A program made the translations under genes and the position numbers. From Xanthomonas campestris pv. campestris str. ATCC 33913 (GTDB taxonomy: Bacteria; Pseudomonadota; Gammaproteobacteria; Xanthomonadales; Xanthomonadaceae): a stretch of 32,000 nt of DNA. Location of the stretch: the NCBI RefSeq assembly GCF_000007145.1, contig NC_003902.1:2966497-2998496 (forward strand). The letters run 5' to 3'. Shown here one piece after another: positions 7,588-19,307 of the stretch (position 1 is the first letter of the stretch; each line of letters opens with the position of its first letter). The notes under the pieces were generated by a model that ran no database searches, was not told the DNA's origin, and saw nothing but the letters and a program-made list of their open reading frames with translations.

Positions 7588-8730
7588 CTAAGGCGCCAAC
7601 CGCGCCACAACCGGCGCCGTCTGCGCATCGCGCTGCAAGGCCTGACCAACGTCGCCAAGCAGTTGCGCCAATAGCGCCGGCGTATCCGCGCGCACCGTCG
7701 AATGCCCCACCTTGCGCCCATCACGCGCCTGCTTGCCGTAATCGTGCCAATGCCCACCAGGCACTGCCAGGAAGGCCGCTGCATCGGGCATGGCGCCCAG
7801 CCAGTTCAGCATGCAGGCATGGCCACGCATGGCAGTGCTGCCGAGCGGCAAGCCCAGCACGGCCCGCACGTGGTTTTCGAACTGCGAAGTTTCTGCGCCT
7901 TCGATCGTCCAGTGCCCGGAATTGTGCACGCGCGGGGCCATTTCGTTGGCCAGCAGGGTGCCTTCGCGCACGAACAGCTCCAATGCAAACACGCCGACAT
8001 AGTCCAGGCGTTCGGCAAGCGCACGCGCATGCGCTTCAGCCGCCTCTTGCAACCCGGCGTCCACGCTGGCAGGCGCCAGGCTGGCCGAGAGCACGCCATC
8101 CACATGCCAGTTTTCGGTCAATGGCCAGGCACGAAACCCGCCATCGCGGCCACGCACAGCGACCACGCTGACTTCGCGCTCGAACGGCACGAAGGCTTCC
8201 ACGATCAGGCCAGCCGTGGCCGCCTGCGCACCCAAGGCATCCCACGCAGCATCGGCGTCGGCAAGCGTCTTGATCCGGAACTGCCCCTTGCCGTCGTAGC
8301 CGAAGCGTCGCGTCTTGAGCACGCATGGCGCCCCAATGCGCGCCAGTGCGGCATCCAGGCCGGCACGGTCATCGATGGCGGCAAATTCGGGCACCGGGAT
8401 ACCCAGTTCGCGGAACAAGGTTTTTTCGCTGAGCCGGTCTTGCGCGATAGCCAGTGCGGCAGGGTTGGGGAACACCGGCACCTGCGTCGCCAACTGCTGC
8501 GCGCTGGCGGCCGGTACGTTCTCGAAATCGAAGGTGAGCACGTCCACCTGCGCGGCGAAGCCAGCTAGTGCGGCTGCGTCGTCGAATGCGCCCACCTGCA
8601 ACGGCGCCACCTGCCCTGCGCAGGCGTCGGCTGCCGGATCGAACACGGCAAACCGCAGCCCCAGCGGCGCACCGGCCAACACCAGCATGCGCGCCAATTG
8701 GCCGCCGCCCAGGATGCCGACCGTAGTCAT
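7588..8730 (-). CDS. purK: N5-carboxyaminoimidazole ribonucleotide synthase
   Basis: This is the C-terminal 380 aa of the 680-aa read-through ORF 7588..9630. The product runs [20 protein letters not shown]...[14 protein letters not shown]...[18 protein letters not shown]. The ATG at 8728-8730 overlaps the purE stop as ATGA. Confidence 0.92.
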   Translation of the reverse strand: MTTVGILGGGQLARMLVLAGAPLGLRFAVFDPAADACAGQVAPLQVGAFDDAAALAGFAAQVDVLTFDFENVPAASAQQLATQVPVFPNPAALAIAQDRLSEKTLFRELGIPVPEFAAIDDRAGLDAALARIGAPCVLKTRRFGYDGKGQFRIKTLADADAAWDALGAQAATAGLIVEAFVPFEREVSVVAVRGRDGGFRAWPLTENWHVDGVLSASLAPASVDAGLQEAAEAHARALAERLDYVGVFALELFVREGTLLANEMAPRVHNSGHWTIEGAETSQFENHVRAVLGLPLGSTAMRGHACMLNWLGAMPDAAAFLAVPGGHWHDYGKQARDGRKVGHSTVRADTPALLAQLLGDVGQALQRDAQTAPVVARLAP

Positions 8731-9230
8731 TGGCGGGGATCGTCGCTGGCCATCACATCGTCGGTCTGCTTGGCGCGGAACTGCGCCAATGCCTGACCGA
8801 TCTGCGGCTGCTCCGGCGACAGCATCGCTGCTGCAAACAGGGCCGCATTGGCAGCGCCCGCATTGCCGATCGCGAAGGTGGCCACCGGAATACCGGCTGG
8901 CATCTGCACGATCGACAGCAGCGAATCCATGCCGTTGAGCGCCTTGGACTGCACCGGCACGCCCAGCACGGGCACTGCGGTCTTGGCCGCCAGCATGCCG
9001 GGCAGATGCGCGGCACCGCCAGCGCCGGCGATGATCGCGCGCAGGCCGCGCTCGCCTGCCTGTTCGGCGTAGGTGAACAACACATCCGGTGTGCGGTGGG
9101 CCGAGACCACCTTGACCTCGTACGGCACGCCCAGTGCATCGAGCTTCTGAGCTGCGTGTTGCATGGTGTCCCAGTCCGAACGGGAACCCATCACGATGCC
9201 GACCAGCGGCGCGGAGTGGTTGGAGGTCAT
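8727..9230 (-). CDS. purE: 5-(carboxyamino)imidazole ribonucleotide mutase
   Basis: 167 aa: [40 protein letters not shown]...[28 protein letters not shown]. Classic PurE class I motifs. Confidence 0.95.
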   Translation of the reverse strand: MTSNHSAPLVGIVMGSRSDWDTMQHAAQKLDALGVPYEVKVVSAHRTPDVLFTYAEQAGERGLRAIIAGAGGAAHLPGMLAAKTAVPVLGVPVQSKALNGMDSLLSIVQMPAGIPVATFAIGNAGAANAALFAAAMLSPEQPQIGQALAQFRAKQTDDVMASDDPRQ

Positions 9231-9288
9231 GGCCCTGCCCTGCTGTAAAGACGTATTCTAGCCATCTTCCACGCAAGACAAGACTTCG

Positions 9289-9558
9289 ATGGATCGCAAA
9301 CTGCTCGACCTGCTGTGCTCCCCCGACACCCGCCAGCCGCTCTCGCTGCTCGATGGCAAGGGCCTGGAAGCACTCAACCGCGCCATCGCCGCCGGCACCT
9401 TGCAACGCGTCGACGGCGCCGTGCAGGACCAACCGCTGCGCGAGGCCCTGATCACCCGCGACCGCAAACAGATCTTCCGCGTCGACGATGGCATCCCGGT
9501 GCTGCTGGCCGAAGAAGCCATCAACCCCAGCCAGATCGCCGACTTCCCCGAGAAGTGA
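9289..9558 (+). CDS. Trm112/UPF0434-like small protein
   Basis: 89 aa. The N-terminal MDRKLLDLLCSP and C-terminal FRVDDGIPVLLAEEAI match the Trm112p-like/YcaR pattern. It is divergent from purE and ends 8 nt before nadC. Confidence 0.65.
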   Translation: MDRKLLDLLCSPDTRQPLSLLDGKGLEALNRAIAAGTLQRVDGAVQDQPLREALITRDRKQIFRVDDGIPVLLAEEAINPSQIADFPEK

Positions 9559-9566
9559 GTTCGGCC

Positions 9567-10439
9567 ATGACCACCACCGCACCTGTCGCGCCAGCCGATG
9601 CGCTGGTGGAGGCAGACGTGGCGCGCGCACTGGCCGAAGACATCGGCAGCGGCGATGTCACCGCCGCACTGCTGCCCGACGCGCCGGACACGGCCTATCT
9701 ACTGTGCAAGCAGGACGCGGTGATCGCCGGGCGGCCGTGGTTCGACGCCACGCACCGCGCGCTGGATCCGCAGGTGCAGATCGCATGGCGTATCCAGGAA
9801 GGCGACCGCGTCGGCGCCGGCACCGTGCTGGCCACCCTGCACGGTCGCAGCCGCAGCCTGGTCAGCGCCGAACGCACCTCGCTCAACTTCCTGCAGACAC
9901 TTTCTGCCACGGCAACCACCACCGCGGCCTACGTCGCAGCGGTGGCCGGCACCGGTGCACGCATCCTGGACACCCGCAAGACCCTGCCCGGCCTGCGCGC
10001 CGCACAGAAATACGCGGTGCGCTGCGGCGGCGGCGACAACCACCGCATCGGCCTGTTCGACACCGTGATGCTGAAGGAAAACCACATCCGTGCGGCGGGC
10101 TCGCTGAGCGCCGCCGTGCACGCTGCACGCGTGCAGCAACCACAGTTGCCGCTGGTGGTGGAGGTGGAAACGCTGGAGCAGCTGCGCGAGGCGCTGCAGG
10201 TGGGGTGCACACGCATCCTCATCGATGATTTCGACCCGGCAATGCGGCGCGCCGCCGTGCAGATCGTGGCCGCGTTGCCGCCAGCGCAACGCATCCCGCT
10301 GGAAGTCTCCGGCAGTGTGGATCTGGCCGGCATTCGCGCCATTGCGCAGGACGGCGTGGATTGCATTTCCATCGGCGGCCTGACCAAGCATGTGCAGGCG
10401 GTGGATCTGTCGCTCAAGCTGGGGCCGGCGCCTTACTGA
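9567..10439 (+). CDS. nadC: Nicotinate-nucleotide diphosphorylase (carboxylating), quinolinate phosphoribosyltransferase
   Basis: The track ORF 9315..10439 was trimmed to the in-frame ATG at 9567. The product contains ...ALAEDIGSGDVTA..., SAERTSLNFLQTLSATATTTAAYV, ILDTRKTLPGLRAAQKYAVRCGGGDNHRIGLFD..MLKENH and VSGSV. Confidence 0.9.
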   Translation: MTTTAPVAPADALVEADVARALAEDIGSGDVTAALLPDAPDTAYLLCKQDAVIAGRPWFDATHRALDPQVQIAWRIQEGDRVGAGTVLATLHGRSRSLVSAERTSLNFLQTLSATATTTAAYVAAVAGTGARILDTRKTLPGLRAAQKYAVRCGGGDNHRIGLFDTVMLKENHIRAAGSLSAAVHAARVQQPQLPLVVEVETLEQLREALQVGCTRILIDDFDPAMRRAAVQIVAALPPAQRIPLEVSGSVDLAGIRAIAQDGVDCISIGGLTKHVQAVDLSLKLGPAPY

Positions 10440-10501
10440 TTTCACGCCTGTCCGCAGGCAGCTCTGTCAGCCTGCGCGCAGTGTTCTATGCGGAATCGGT
10501 A

Positions 10502-11563
10502 ATGACTGCAAAACCTTGGCCATGGATCTGCCTGCTGCTGGCAGGCTGGGGCGGCACGGCCGCCGCAGCGGAAGTGTGCGATATCCCACCACGCTTCGGC
10601 ACCAGCCCGGCCGCCATCGCCATCGTGCGCAGCGCCTGCAACGAGCACCGACTGTGGCAGCGCCCTTTTATCGACAGCAAAGGCAAGCTCGCCAGCCTGG
10701 GCGTGACCGAGGCGGAGTCCGCCTCGCTCGCCGACGACGGCATGATTGCCTGGCAACGTGTCGCCGGCTACTGGCGCGATAGCGGCACGCTCGCCTCGAT
10801 GGGGGGCAGCGCGGGCGCGTCCAGCTGTGCCGCCCTCGACGGCAGCCGCTACACCGCCAGTGATTGCCGCGCATTCCTGGTCGACAACCCTTGGTCGGCC
10901 GCCTTCATTTCGTGGGTGATGACGCAAGCCGGCGTCAGTGGCTTCCGCCGCTCCGCGCGTCACCTGGACTACATCCGCAGCGCCTATCACGACGGGGCCA
11001 CCGGCCCATACCAGTTCACCGACCCGGCCGTGGAAAAACCCGCACCTGGCGACATGCTGTGCCTGTTGCGCGGGCGCGATGTCTCGCTCGGCTATGCCGG
11101 CCTGCGGGCCGCACTGGGCGGCAGCGCACCGATGCCATGGAAGTCGCATTGCGACGTGGTGGTGGCGGCCAATGTCGGGGGCGATCGCACGCTCTACCTG
11201 ATCGGCGGCAACGTCTTCAACACCGTGATGATGCGCAAGATGCCGCTGGATCGCGCCGGCCGCGTGGTACTGCCCACGCCGCAGACCGACGCCAGCCAGG
11301 GCCAGAGCGAAAACGAGGACAGCCTGGGCGCGGCGCGCGAGTGCACACCGGCACACGAGGAGTTGTGCGACTTCAACCGCCGCGACTGGGCCGCGCTGTT
11401 GAAGCTGCGCCCAGACGCAGCAGTGACCGCACCGCCGCCGACCGAACCATTACCCGCGCCTACCGCGCCACCGGCAACTCAGCCAATGCCGCCAGGCTTC
11501 CCGCGCGTGGTGCCGCCGCGCCCGGAAGGCCAGCCTGCTTCTGCACAGCCGCAGACGGAGTGA
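10502..11563 (+). CDS. Secreted hypothetical protein with Pro-rich C-terminal tail (I recall the core as DUF2272-like; family name from memory only)
   Basis: This is the first ATG after the nadC stop in ORF 10361..11563. The signal peptide is MTAKPWPWICLLLAGWGGTAAAAEV. Core motifs are DNPWSAAFISWVM and WKSHCDVVVA...YLIGGN. The tail is APPPTEPLPAPTAPPATQPMPPGFPRVVPPRPEGQP. Confidence 0.7.
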   Translation: MTAKPWPWICLLLAGWGGTAAAAEVCDIPPRFGTSPAAIAIVRSACNEHRLWQRPFIDSKGKLASLGVTEAESASLADDGMIAWQRVAGYWRDSGTLASMGGSAGASSCAALDGSRYTASDCRAFLVDNPWSAAFISWVMTQAGVSGFRRSARHLDYIRSAYHDGATGPYQFTDPAVEKPAPGDMLCLLRGRDVSLGYAGLRAALGGSAPMPWKSHCDVVVAANVGGDRTLYLIGGNVFNTVMMRKMPLDRAGRVVLPTPQTDASQGQSENEDSLGAARECTPAHEELCDFNRRDWAALLKLRPDAAVTAPPPTEPLPAPTAPPATQPMPPGFPRVVPPRPEGQPASAQPQTE

Positions 11564-11774
11564 GGTAAGGCCGAAGGGTCCGCGTTGTGCCGTGCTATCT
11601 GACATAGACAGGCGGCACTTTGGCTTGTCGCGTTAGCGATACAGATCCGGTTCTGGATCCGATTCGGCATCGAACTAAAAAGTTGAGCCGCCTCTCCCCC
11701 CTCGCTCAAGCGCGAGGGTACGAGCAAAGCCTCGTACGCGAAGCGCTGCCCTTCGAGTGTCAGCTGTGCTGCAC

Positions 11775-11810
11775 TGACCTCCCACCAGCTGGTGACCTCC
11801 CAGCAGCTGG
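11775..11810. repeat. 18-bp tandem duplication (2 units, 1 mismatch) in non-coding DNA
   Basis: tgacctcccaccagctgg (11775-11792) is immediately followed by tgacctcccagcagctgg (11793-11810). Confidence 0.85.
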
Positions 11811-12236
11811 CTGTCGCTTTCTTTAGCCGCGGCGCCCTGCCCCTTGATTCCTTTGCGCCCTCATGTGCGCGCGGAGCACGTTCTCCCAACGAGAGCCAGA
11901 AGCAGCTTCTCGCGGATAGAACCGCCCGCTCGCTGATCGAACCGATGCGAGTCGCCCCCCCCCTCTACCACCGGAAAGTGATTGGGGTTAAAGGGATGAG
12001 CGCAGCGATCCCGCTGCCTTCCACGTACCGCAATCCGTTCCATTGGGCACGTCTCCCGGCGGGAAAAGCCGCGGCATTGGTCAGCCGGGTTTCGGAGAAA
12101 CGATTCCGTCCATTCGAACAGATCCAACCAAAGCGATATGCGCTGGGCTTTGCCGCATGCGCACATGTACGCACTCCCTTATGCGTGCACAACAACACCC
12201 TAAACAAACGCTGTACTGCACCGTACTTCGCCCAAC

Positions 12237-12263
12237 AAAAAAGCGGGCCGAAGCCCGCTTTTT
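12237..12263. terminator. Bidirectional intrinsic terminator just downstream of pnp
   Basis: An 8-bp stem pairs aagcgggc with gcccgctt around loop cgaa. A6 lies on one side and T5 on the other. It sits 22 nt beyond the pnp stop at 12285. Confidence 0.85.
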
Positions 12264-12284
12264 CTAACGCACATGCAGCGGCGA

Positions 12285-14399
12285 TTACTCAGCCGATGCA
12301 GGCACGCCTTCGCCTTCTTCCACTGCCTTGATCGACAGACGGATGCGGCCCTGCTTGTCCACTTCCAGCACCTTGACGCGGACCAGATCGCCTTCCTTCA
12401 ACTTGTCGCCGACCTTCTCCACGCGCTCGCTGGAAATCTGCGACACGTGTACCAGGCCATCCTTGCCCGGCAGGATGGTCACGAACGCACCGAAGTCCAT
12501 GATCTTGGCGACCTTGCCTTCGTAGATGCGGCCCGGCTCCACGTCCGAGGTGATCTGCTCGATGCGCGACTTCGCAGCTTGCGCGGCAATCGCGTTGACC
12601 GAAGCAATGATGATCGTGCCGTCGTCCTGGATATCGATCTGCGTCCCGGTTTCCTTGGTGATCGCCTGGATGGTCGAGCCACCCTTGCCGATCACTTCGC
12701 GGATCTTGTCCGGGTGGATCTTGATGGTCAGCAGGCGCGGCGCGTAGTCGCTCAGCTCCTGACGCGGGGTGGTCAGCGCCTTGGACATCTCGCCCAGGAT
12801 GTGCAGACGGCCAGCCTTGGCCTGCTGCAGTGCCTGCTTCATGATCTCTTCGGTAATGCCTTCGATCTTGATGTCCATCTGCAGCGCGGACACGCCTTCA
12901 GCAGTACCGGCCACCTTGAAGTCCATGTCGCCCAGGTGATCTTCGTCCCCCAGGATGTCGGACAGCACCACGAAGCGGTCGTCTTCCTTCACCAGGCCCA
13001 TGGCGATACCCGCCACCGGTGCCTTGACCGGCACGCCGGCGTCCATCAGTGCGAGCGAGGAGCCGCACACCGAAGCCATCGACGAGGAACCGTTGGACTC
13101 GGTGATTTCCGAGACAACGCGGATGGTGTACGGGAATTCTTCCAGGCTCGGCATCACGGCCAACACGCCGCGCTTGGCCAGACGGCCGTGGCCGATCTCG
13201 CGACGCTTCGGCGCGCCAAAGCGGCCGCACTCGCCCACCGAATACGGAGGGAAGTTGTAATGGAACAGGAAGTTTTCCTTGTACTCGCCAGCGACCGCGT
13301 CGATCACCTGGCCGTCGCGGGCGGTGCCCAGCGTGGTGACCACGATCGCCTGCGTCTCGCCGCGGGTGAACAGCGCCGAGCCATGGGTCCGCGGCAGCAC
13401 GCCGGCCTGTACCGAGATCGGGCGCACGGTGTCCAGTGCACGGCCGTCGATACGCACCTTGGTCTCCAGCACCGAGTCACGCATGGTGTGGTATTCCAGC
13501 TCGCCGAATTCCTTCGACAGCTCGGCCGAGCTCCAGCCTTCGGAAGCCACGCGGCCTGCCAGCGACTCGAGCACGTCCTTCTTGATCGCCGAAATGGCGT
13601 CGCGACGCTGCAGCTTGTCGCGCACCTGGAAGGCACCCGCCAGCTGGGTGCCAACCGCTTCCTTCAACGCGCTGATCAGCGCGGTGTTCTTGGCCGGGGC
13701 CACCCAGGTGCTGGGCTTGGTGCCGGCTTCGACGGTCAGTTCGTTGATGATGTTGATGACCTTCTGCATCTCGCGATGACCAAAGGTGACCGCGCCCAGC
13801 ATCACTTCTTCCGACAGCAGCGCCGCTTCCGACTCCACCATCAGCACGGCGTTCGCCGTACCGGCCACAACCAGCTCAAGCTGCGAATCCTTCAGCTCGG
13901 TGATGGTCGGGTTGAGAATGTATTCGCCGTTCTTGTAGCCCACCTTGGCGGCGCCGATCGGGCCGTTGAAGGGGGTACCGGCCAACGACAGCGCAGCCGA
14001 CGCACCGATCAGCGCGGCGATATCGCCGTCGATGTCCGGGTTCATCGACATCACCGTGGCGATGATCTGCACTTCGTTCTTGTAGTCCTCCGGGAACAGC
14101 GGACGGATCGGACGATCGATCAGGCGCGAGATCAACGTTTCCTTCTCGGTCGCACGTCCTTCGCGCTTGAAGAAGCCGCCCGGGATGCGGCCGCCGGCAT
14201 AGAACTTCTCCTGATAGTCAACCGTCAGGGGGAAGAAGTCCTGCCCTTCGCGCGCGGTCTTGGCGGCGACGGCGGTGACCAGCAGTACGGTGTCGTCCAT
14301 CTTGACGATGACGGCACCGCTCGCCTGGCGAGCGACTTCGCCCGTCTCCAGGGTGACGGTGTGCTTGCCGTACTGGAAGGTTTTGGTGATTTTTGCCAC
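12285..14399 (-). CDS. pnp: Polyribonucleotide nucleotidyltransferase (PNPase)
   Basis: The track ORF 12285..14492 was trimmed to the GTG at 14397-14399, with AAGGA upstream. The product is (M)[25 protein letters not shown]... and is colinear with E. coli PNPase along its length. Matches include [48 protein letters not shown], and the KH and S1 domains. Confidence 0.96.
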
Positions 14400-14572
14400 G
14401 GAGGTTTTTTCCTTAGGTGTAACTGTCTTCGTTGGACCGTCGTCGACCCATGCCGAGAACGGGCGGCCGGGAGGCTCCGGCCCATGACGCATGTGACGCT
14501 TTACGGATTACAAATTGCGAACGACCAAAACGAAACCGCGGCGCATCGCTGCGCCGCGGCGGTAGGACTCGA
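14400..14572 (-). promoter_or_regulatory. rpsO-pnp intercistronic region / pnp 5' leader
   Basis: A 173-nt spacer between the rpsO stop and the pnp start. It holds the rpsO terminator/attenuator hairpin and a second GC hairpin, ggccgg/ccggcc, around 14462-14479. In E. coli the equivalent leader is the RNase III/PNPase autoregulation site. The function assigned here is by analogy only. Confidence 0.5.
14525..14559 (-). terminator. rpsO intrinsic terminator/attenuator
   Basis: On the minus strand a 10-bp stem (ccgcggcgca / tgcgccgcgg, 4-nt loop, 14536-14559) is followed by TTTCGTTTTGG. It begins 14 nt after the rpsO stop. Confidence 0.7.
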
Positions 14573-14833
14573 TTAGCGGCGCAGGCCGAGCTTCTCGATC
14601 AGCGACTTGTAGCGCTCGCCGTCCTTCTTCTTCAGGTAGTCGAGCAGGCTGCGGCGACGGTTGACCATCTGCAGCAGACCGCGACGGCTGTGGTGATCCT
14701 TCTTGTGGGTCTTGAAGTGACCAGTCAGCAGCTCGATGCGCGCGGTCAGCAGAGCGACCTGCACTTCCGGCGAACCGGTGTCCTGGGCGCTGCGCTTGTT
14801 GTCTTCAATAACTTTCTGGGTGTCGACGGACAT
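14573..14833 (-). CDS. rpsO: 30S ribosomal protein S15
   Basis: The track ORF was trimmed to the ATG at 14831-14833. The product is [71 protein letters not shown]..., 86 aa. Confidence 0.96.
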   Translation of the reverse strand: MSVDTQKVIEDNKRSAQDTGSPEVQVALLTARIELLTGHFKTHKKDHHSRRGLLQMVNRRRSLLDYLKKKDGERYKSLIEKLGLRR

Positions 14834-14949
14834 GATGTGTTCTCGATAGATGCGTGGTCGACAGGAACGTGCATGACGCACCGTCGGACTCGCCGTTTGC
14901 TAGGAATGTGCGCGCTTGGCGCTGAGGGTGCCCCGATCGGGGCCGCAAA

Positions 14950-14978
14950 ATTGTAACGTCGCGCGGCCCCGGGAACAA
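14950..14978 (-). promoter_or_regulatory. Candidate sigma70 promoter for rpsO
   Basis: Minus strand reads TTGTTC (14978-14973), a 17-nt spacer, then TACAAT (14955-14950). It is followed by a perfect 14-nt palindrome gccccgatcggggc (14930-14943). Pattern match only. Confidence 0.45.
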
Positions 14979-14990
14979 GTTGACTAAACC

Positions 14991-15917
14991 TTAACAAGCT
15001 GCAGCGGCGTTCAGACCGTTGAATAGGCGCTGCGGCGACAGCCGTCCGTCCGCGTCGACAAGGCCCAGCCCGGCTGGGCTGCCGTCCGCATCGAACACCG
15101 CAACCTGCCCTTCCGGGAATGCCGGATCGCGCAACCGCTGCCCCATGCGAAAGCGCGCCGCCAAGGTGGCGTCGAGCGTGATCTGCGCAAAATCGCTCAG
15201 CCCGGCGGCCACTGGCAGCAGCAATTGCGCCGCATCGGCGCCGGATTCGACCAGCGCGGTGAGCGCTTCCAGGGTGATCATCTCTGGCGTGCGGAACGGC
15301 TCCACCCACACGCGGCGCAGCGCGGCGATGTGCGCGCCACAGCCCAGCACCTCGCCAAGGTCGCGCGCCAGGCTACGGATATAGGTGCCGGAGCCGCAGG
15401 TCACGCGCAACCGCAACCGCGGCGACGCATAGCTGGTCAACGTGATGGCATGCACCTCGACCTCGCGCACCGGCGCCTCGATGACCTCGCCACGGCGCGC
15501 CTTGGCGTACAGCGGCTCGCCGCCCTGCTTGAGCGCCGAATAGATCGGCGCCTGCTGCTGGATGCGGCCGATGAACGGCGCCAGCGCCGCCTGCAATGCA
15601 GCCTCGCTGAGCGCAGGTACCGAGCGCTCACGCAGCGGCTGCCCATCGGCATCGTCGGTATCGGTGGTGACGCCCAGCACGATCTCGGCGTCGTAGGCCT
15701 TGGCCGAGCCCAGCAACAGGCCGGCAATCTTGGTGGCCTCGCCAAAGCACAACGGCAGCAGGCCGGTGGCCAGCGGATCCAGGCTGCCGGTGTGGCCGCC
15801 CTTCTCGGCACGCAGCAGCCGGCGGGCGGCCTGCAGTGCATTGTTCGAGCTGAGTCCGGCCGGCTTGTCGAGCAACAAAATGCCATGCAGCGGACGGAAG
15901 GTGATGCGGGGTCTCAC
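14991..15917 (-). CDS. truB: tRNA pseudouridine(55) synthase
   Basis: 308 aa with a GTG start. The product contains [53 protein letters not shown] and [29 protein letters not shown]. Confidence 0.95.
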   Translation of the reverse strand: MRPRITFRPLHGILLLDKPAGLSSNNALQAARRLLRAEKGGHTGSLDPLATGLLPLCFGEATKIAGLLLGSAKAYDAEIVLGVTTDTDDADGQPLRERSVPALSEAALQAALAPFIGRIQQQAPIYSALKQGGEPLYAKARRGEVIEAPVREVEVHAITLTSYASPRLRLRVTCGSGTYIRSLARDLGEVLGCGAHIAALRRVWVEPFRTPEMITLEALTALVESGADAAQLLLPVAAGLSDFAQITLDATLAARFRMGQRLRDPAFPEGQVAVFDADGSPAGLGLVDADGRLSPQRLFNGLNAAAAC

Positions 15918-15995
15918 GGGATCAACGCTCGCTCGGGCGCGATGCGGCCCGCATGGTCAAGGCCGCGCGGAGCGGCGGCCACGTGCTGCCGTCGC

Positions 15996-16388
15996 TCAGC
16001 GCGGCTCGGCATCCTGCGCATCGGGCGCGGCCTCGGGGCCGATATCGTCCAGATCGCGCAACAGGTTATCGATGCGCTCGCCGCGGTCCACCGAATCGTC
16101 ATAGTGGAAGTGCAACTCGGGCACGTGGCGCAACTTCATCGCGCGTGCCAGCTGCGTGCGCAACTGCCCGGCGATTTCCTTGAGCCCCTTCACCGCCTCG
16201 GCGGAACGCTCCTGCTGCAGCGCGGTGACGAACACCTTGGCGTGCGCCAGATCGCGGCTGATTTCGACATCGGACACGCTGACCGACGGCAGGCCGTGAT
16301 CGCGCACCGCGGCGTGCACGATGGTGCCGAGGTCGCGGCGTACCTGCGCCGAAACGCGGTCGGTACGGTGGAATGATTTGGTTGGCAT
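15996..16388 (-). CDS. rbfA: 30S ribosome-binding factor RbfA
   Basis: The product is MPTKSFHRTDRVSAQVRRDLGTIVHAAVRDHGLPSVSVSDVEISRDLAHAKVFVTAL.... The ATG is at 16386-16388. An alternative in-frame ATG 6 nt upstream (16394) would give MTMPTK. Confidence 0.9.
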   Translation of the reverse strand: MPTKSFHRTDRVSAQVRRDLGTIVHAAVRDHGLPSVSVSDVEISRDLAHAKVFVTALQQERSAEAVKGLKEIAGQLRTQLARAMKLRHVPELHFHYDDSVDRGERIDNLLRDLDDIGPEAAPDAQDAEPR

Positions 16389-16433
16389 GGTCATGGACCT
16401 GGTTGATGCATCGGGCCGAACGGCACCGGAGCC

Positions 16434-16467
16434 AAAAAAAGACGTGGGCGGCCAGGCCGCCCGCGTC
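16434..16467 (-). terminator. Strong intrinsic terminator/attenuator between infB and rbfA
   Basis: On the minus strand a 12-bp stem (one G-U pair) spans 16441-16467 with a 3-nt loop. T7 (complement of 16434-16440) follows directly. A separate 16-nt perfect GC palindrome, ggggccgcgcggcccc, sits at 16478-16493. Confidence 0.7.
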
Positions 16468-16503
16468 ATGCAGCGTCGGGGCCGCGCGGCCCCGGCGATG
16501 GTG

Positions 16504-19212
<2,709 letters not shown>

Positions 19213-19307
19213 TCGGATCCTATGATCTGGTTGGCGCCCCCTCGCCCAGAGCAAGGGAAACGCTGATTCTAAGCCCTGATGGGGTCAGGGCGCGGTTCAT
19301 TGCCGGC

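Noticed and set aside
7588-9630. 680-aa minus-strand ORF suggesting a large fusion protein
   Set aside because: Only the last 380 aa are PurK. The upstream part is an out-of-frame read across purE, and it also runs antisense to the trm112-like gene and the nadC start. The real purK start is the ATG at 8730, overlapping the purE stop.
11792-12331. 179-aa plus-strand ORF in the unassigned spacer
   Set aside because: It reads through the pnp terminator hairpin and into antisense pnp. It has poor codon usage, no SD and no recognisable motif. I kept it only as a possible trace of a decayed gene in the spacer finding.
12273-14576. 767-aa plus-strand ORF covering the whole pnp locus
   Set aside because: It is exactly antisense to a full-length PNPase that aligns end to end with E. 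coli Pnp. Its product is Arg/Ala/Gly/His/Asp-rich low-complexity sequence, and it runs through the rpsO terminator. This is a typical mirror ORF of high-GC DNA with few stop codons.
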